Shown here piece by piece: positions 60,519-64,000 of a stretch of DNA of 64,000 nucleotides. The position numbers and the translations under genes were made by a program. Every line of letters starts with the position of its first letter. Within the stretch, counting starts at the first letter, position 1. Source of the stretch: Candidatus Bathyarchaeota archaeon (lineage in GTDB: Archaea; Thermoproteota; Bathyarchaeia; Bathyarchaeales; Bathycorpusculaceae); assembly GCA_963775895.1 (NCBI GenBank), contig CAVZKL010000016.1, forward strand, positions 9,441-73,440, given 5' to 3'. The notes below the pieces were generated by a model. It saw only the letters and a program-made list of their open reading frames with translations, was not told where the DNA came from and searched no databases.

Positions 60519-62647
60519 GCGCTTATCACTGGGGTTGGTGCGGCTGGCATCACGGCTGATCTGTCGAAGGTTTTTCTTATGGCGAACTCTGCTTGCTTGC
60601 CGTCGTTCCATTGATCCACGGGTCGCAGGTAGCCGACGACTCTTGAGTAGACTTCGCACTTGGCTCCGCAGGTTGGGCACTGTCTGTGTTCTCCGTTGAC
60701 GTATCCGTGGGTGGGACATATGCTGAACGTGGGCGTGAGCGTGAAGTACGGCAGATGCGAGTTCTGAGCGACTTTTTTGATGAGCTCTGACGAGGCCTTC
60801 CACGTGGGCAGTCTTTCACCGAGAAAGACGTGGAAGACGGTTCCGCCTGTGTAGAGAGTCTGCAGTCTGTCCTGATGCTCGAGTGCTTCGAAAATGTCGC
60901 CTTCAAAATCGACTGGTAGCTGTGAGGAGTTGGTGTAGAACGGTTCCGCGCCGTTTGCCAAATGCTTCTGGTTTGCGACGATGATCTCTGGATATTTCTT
61001 CTTGTCGATCCTTGCAAGTCTGTAGCTTGTTCCTTCGGCTGGCGTGGCTTCGAGGTTGTACATGTTGCCTGTTTCGTCCTGGTACTGCAGCAGCCGTTGG
61101 CGCATAAACTTGAGTGCTCTTACAGCGAACTCGGTTCCATCCATCGTGACGATGTTGGTGCCGAAGAGGTTGAGGATTGCCTCGTTCATGCCAAGTATGC
61201 CTATGGTTGAGAAGTGGTTCTGCCAGTAGTGTTCGTATCCCTTCTTCACTTCTCGCAGATAACGTTTCGAGTACGGATACAGGCCGTTTTCGGTGAACGC
61301 TTCAAGGACCTTGCGCTTTGTTTCCAGGCTGTCTCGGGCGATTTCCATCATGGTTTCCAGTCTTTCGAAGAATTCGTCCTCGTCTTTTGCGAGGTAACCG
61401 ATTCTTGGCAGGTTGAGGGTTACGACTCCTATCGATCCTGTCAACGGGTTTGCTCCGAAGAAGCCGCCGCCTCTGTTGCGAAGTTCACGGTTGTCGATCC
61501 TGAGTCGGCAGCACATACTTCGCACGTCTTCCGGTTTCATGTCGGTGTTGATGAAGTTGGAGAAGTAGGGTACTCCGTACTTGGCCGTTACTTCGAAGAT
61601 TTTCTGAGCGATGGGCGAGTCCCAGTCAAAGTTCTTCGTGACGCAGTAGGTGGGAATTGGAAAAGTGAACACTCTTGCCTTGGAGTCGCCTTGACTCATC
61701 ACTTCAGCGAAGGCGGCGTTGAACATGTCCATTTCAGGCTGCATTTCACCGTAGGTCATATCCATCAGTTTTCCTCCGATGATGACGGCCTCGTTCTTTA
61801 TGTATTCGGGGATTTTCAAGTCCAAGGTCACGTTCGTAAACGGTGTTTGGAACCCGACACGAGTGGGAACATTCATGTTGAAGAAGAATTCCTGTAACCC
61901 TTGTTCAACGTCCTTCTGAGTCAGATCGTCGTAGTGTATGAACGGCGCCAAGTAAGTGTCAAAAGTGCTGAACGCTTGGGCTCCGGCGGCTTCGCCTTGA
62001 AGCGTGTAGAAGAAGTTGACGATTTGTCCCAGGGCTGTCCGGAAGTGTTTGGCAGGTTTGCTCTCGATTTTTCCTGAAACACCGCCGAACCCGGAGATCA
62101 GAAGCTCTCTCAGGTCCCAGCCGACACAGTAAGCGCCTAAGACTCCGAGGTCATGGATGTGCATGTCCCCGGAAAAGTGCGCGTCCGCTATGTTCGGTGG
62201 GTAGATTCTGCTGATCCAGTACTTCGCGATGACCGTTGAAGAGAGGTAATTATTCAAACCTTGAAGCGAATAGCTCATGTTGCTGTTCTCTCGCACGCGC
62301 CAGTCTTCAACTTCCAAGTATTGATCTACGAGGTCAGCATCACTCAAGATAGCGGCCAGTTCCCTTTGGTCCTGGTGTTGTTTTCGATAGAGGATGTAGG
62401 CCTTAGCGGTTCTTGCATGTCCGTTCTCGATGAGTGTTTTTTCAACCAGATCCTGAATCTCTTCGACTGTTGGAACGCCGTCCTCGCCGAAGCGGAGCCT
62501 CAACTGGTCCAGGACCTGATCGCTGAGTTTCTTAGTCAGGTCACGGTCCTTTCCGCCTACGGCTTTCGCAGCCTTCCAAAGCGCTTTTGTTATACGTTCT
62601 TGATCAAACGATTCTAATCTTCCATCACGTTTTCTGACACACTTCAT
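60515..62647 (-). CDS. nrdD: Class III anaerobic ribonucleoside-triphosphate reductase
   Basis: ATP cone (VRKRDG), RSMCCRL, EATPAEG, Zn ribbon, glycyl-radical motif YSRVVGYL. Confidence 0.97.
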   Translation of the reverse strand: MKCVRKRDGRLESFDQERITKALWKAAKAVGGKDRDLTKKLSDQVLDQLRLRFGEDGVPTVEEIQDLVEKTLIENGHARTAKAYILYRKQHQDQRELAAILSDADLVDQYLEVEDWRVRENSNMSYSLQGLNNYLSSTVIAKYWISRIYPPNIADAHFSGDMHIHDLGVLGAYCVGWDLRELLISGFGGVSGKIESKPAKHFRTALGQIVNFFYTLQGEAAGAQAFSTFDTYLAPFIHYDDLTQKDVEQGLQEFFFNMNVPTRVGFQTPFTNVTLDLKIPEYIKNEAVIIGGKLMDMTYGEMQPEMDMFNAAFAEVMSQGDSKARVFTFPIPTYCVTKNFDWDSPIAQKIFEVTAKYGVPYFSNFINTDMKPEDVRSMCCRLRIDNRELRNRGGGFFGANPLTGSIGVVTLNLPRIGYLAKDEDEFFERLETMMEIARDSLETKRKVLEAFTENGLYPYSKRYLREVKKGYEHYWQNHFSTIGILGMNEAILNLFGTNIVTMDGTEFAVRALKFMRQRLLQYQDETGNMYNLEATPAEGTSYRLARIDKKKYPEIIVANQKHLANGAEPFYTNSSQLPVDFEGDIFEALEHQDRLQTLYTGGTVFHVFLGERLPTWKASSELIKKVAQNSHLPYFTLTPTFSICPTHGYVNGEHRQCPTCGAKCEVYSRVVGYLRPVDQWNDGKQAEFAIRKTFDRSAVMPAAPTPVISA

Positions 62648-63090
62648 GTTTTTACCTCTTTGATTAGTTTCTGAAAGTCTTCAGGCTCCTCGAACGCCTT
62701 GTAGACCGAGGCGAACCTGATGTAAGCCACTCGGTCAACCTTCTTCAGGTGCTTCATGACTAGATCCCCGATCTCCCGGGACGTCACTTCGTCTTTGCCC
62801 AGCGCGACCACATCTTGTCTTACGCGTTCTGCCAGTTCATGGATCTGCTCCATCGTCACCGGCCTTTTCTCACAGGCTTTTTGCAACCCTCTGACGATTT
62901 TGTTGACGTCGAAGCGTTCCGACATTCCATCTTTCTTCTTCACCATCAGCTCGACGGTTTCGATGTACTCGTACGTGGTGAAGCGCCTTTCACAGCTTCC
63001 GCACTCTTTACGCCGTCTGGCGGTGTTGTCGAGCGAGTCCCTCGTTTCGAGGGTCTTGAGGTTTTCGGACCCGCAGTACGGGCATTTCAC
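62644..63090 (-). CDS. nrdR: Transcriptional repressor NrdR
   Basis: MKCPYCG, RRRKECGSCERRFTTYE, ATP cone, AYIRFASVY. Confidence 0.97.
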   Translation of the reverse strand: MKCPYCGSENLKTLETRDSLDNTARRRKECGSCERRFTTYEYIETVELMVKKKDGMSERFDVNKIVRGLQKACEKRPVTMEQIHELAERVRQDVVALGKDEVTSREIGDLVMKHLKKVDRVAYIRFASVYKAFEEPEDFQKLIKEVKT

Positions 63091-63143
63091 GTGATCACCA
63101 TTTGTGCGCTCCGCAAGTCTTTAGTGTTTCACAACTGAAGCGA

Positions 63144-63172
63144 ACGCTGTATCTAGTGTCTGCTTATTTAAA
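63144..63172 (-). promoter_or_regulatory. TATA box (TTTAAATA) with adjacent candidate NrdR box
   Basis: acgctgtatctagtgt (63144-63159) matches 13/16 of the bacterial consensus acaCwAtATaTwGtgt, just downstream of the TATA. Confidence 0.6.
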
Positions 63173-63452
63173 TCCTTTTTACAACAATGATGAATTTATG
63201 TGAAAACGCACGAGTCAGAACATGTTCAACGTAGACAATAATAATCACAAATGGCATGATGAAAGCAAGTCTTTCTCACGAAAAGCGGTTCAATTCAAGT
63301 CAGGTCATAAATTGTTTAAGACTTTCTCTACACGGGCGACTTCGCGACTGAGAAAATCTGACTAGTGAATCGAGAGACAGGAGCTGTGCGCGAGAGCAAA
63401 TGATCTGGATGAAGCGAACGAGTTCCTCAGCTGAAGGATTCTGCCATGGCTT

Positions 63453-63918
63453 TCAATGATTTGTCACTTTTTTGACGAGAATCAGTGACCATCTTCTGTT
63501 TTCCTTCACCGTGAAGCCCGCTTTCTCGTAGAGACGCCTTGCAGTCACGTTAGTCTTGAGAACGGACAGTTCAAGCCAGCTCTTGCCAGTCTCTAGTCGC
63601 CATTCCAGCGCAGAAATTCAGCATGGCCATGCCGATTCCATGTTCCCGATACTCAGATTCGACAGCTAGGTTGCCAATATACAAGGTATCGGGCTCTTCG
63701 CGAACGACCAGAACGCCCGCTACCTGCTCTTTGAGCACGGCGTAGAGCCGAGTGGCTCTGAAGAACACAAACTCTGATGACACGACGTATGGAATAGCAA
63801 TAAGCGAATTGAGGAACCGAGACGTTCCGAAAAACATGATTGCTTTTCCTTCGTCGACTCTTCCTGAAGAAATTGAAGTTGCGGAGGTTGAACAGCAAGT
63901 GTTCTGTTGTAGTAACAT
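63453..63918 (-). pseudogene. GNAT acetyltransferase, frameshifted
   Basis: LYIGNLAV..YREHGIG, then LSVLKTNVTARRLYEKAGF in another frame; start uncertain. Confidence 0.7.
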
Positions 63919-64000
63919 GTTTGAAGCGAAGAAGCGTCGTAAGCTTTTTCGCCATCGGACATCTCCGAACGCTTAAGCTCGGTCTGAATTCGGTCGAGGC

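Noticed and set aside
60519-60803. N-terminal extension of NrdG in the ORF track
   Set aside because: Overlaps the nrdD 3' end; the real start is the ATG at 60518

Overview
Archaeal chromosomal window, most consistent with Bathyarchaeia/TACK: single-chain RpoB, fused RpoA'A'', an intron-containing tRNA-Leu, AfpA and DUF35/thiolase pairs. Core blocks are nadA/trx/tRNA-Leu, rpoB-rpoA-L30e-nusA, an SMC5/6-like three-gene operon, a B12 acyl-CoA mutase operon, thiolase/DUF35 pairs, rpoH and nrdR-nrdD-nrdG. Two accessory regions (~19.4-42.3 kb and ~53.4-58.5 kb) lie between them. The strongest candidate for a new system is at 20.5-27.6 kb: a short gene with a strong SD encodes a leader plus seven alternating octapeptides (LGTHTPTK/LGTHVATK). 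It is convergent with a 941-aa PqqD/RRE-like + M50 membrane peptidase and flanked by wHTH, AbrB and STAND-TPR genes, suggesting a multicore RiPP or peptide-signalling locus. The first accessory region starts with a probable tyrosine-integrase relic. Genes in both accessory regions are repeatedly bounded by (GC)n tracts and a ~37-bp palindrome, suggesting cassette-like mobility. A 78-bp non-coding element occurs twice, 58 kb apart, within G/T-skewed DNA. Many small frameshifts suggest assembly indel errors. All family calls come from motif recognition by eye; no searches were run.
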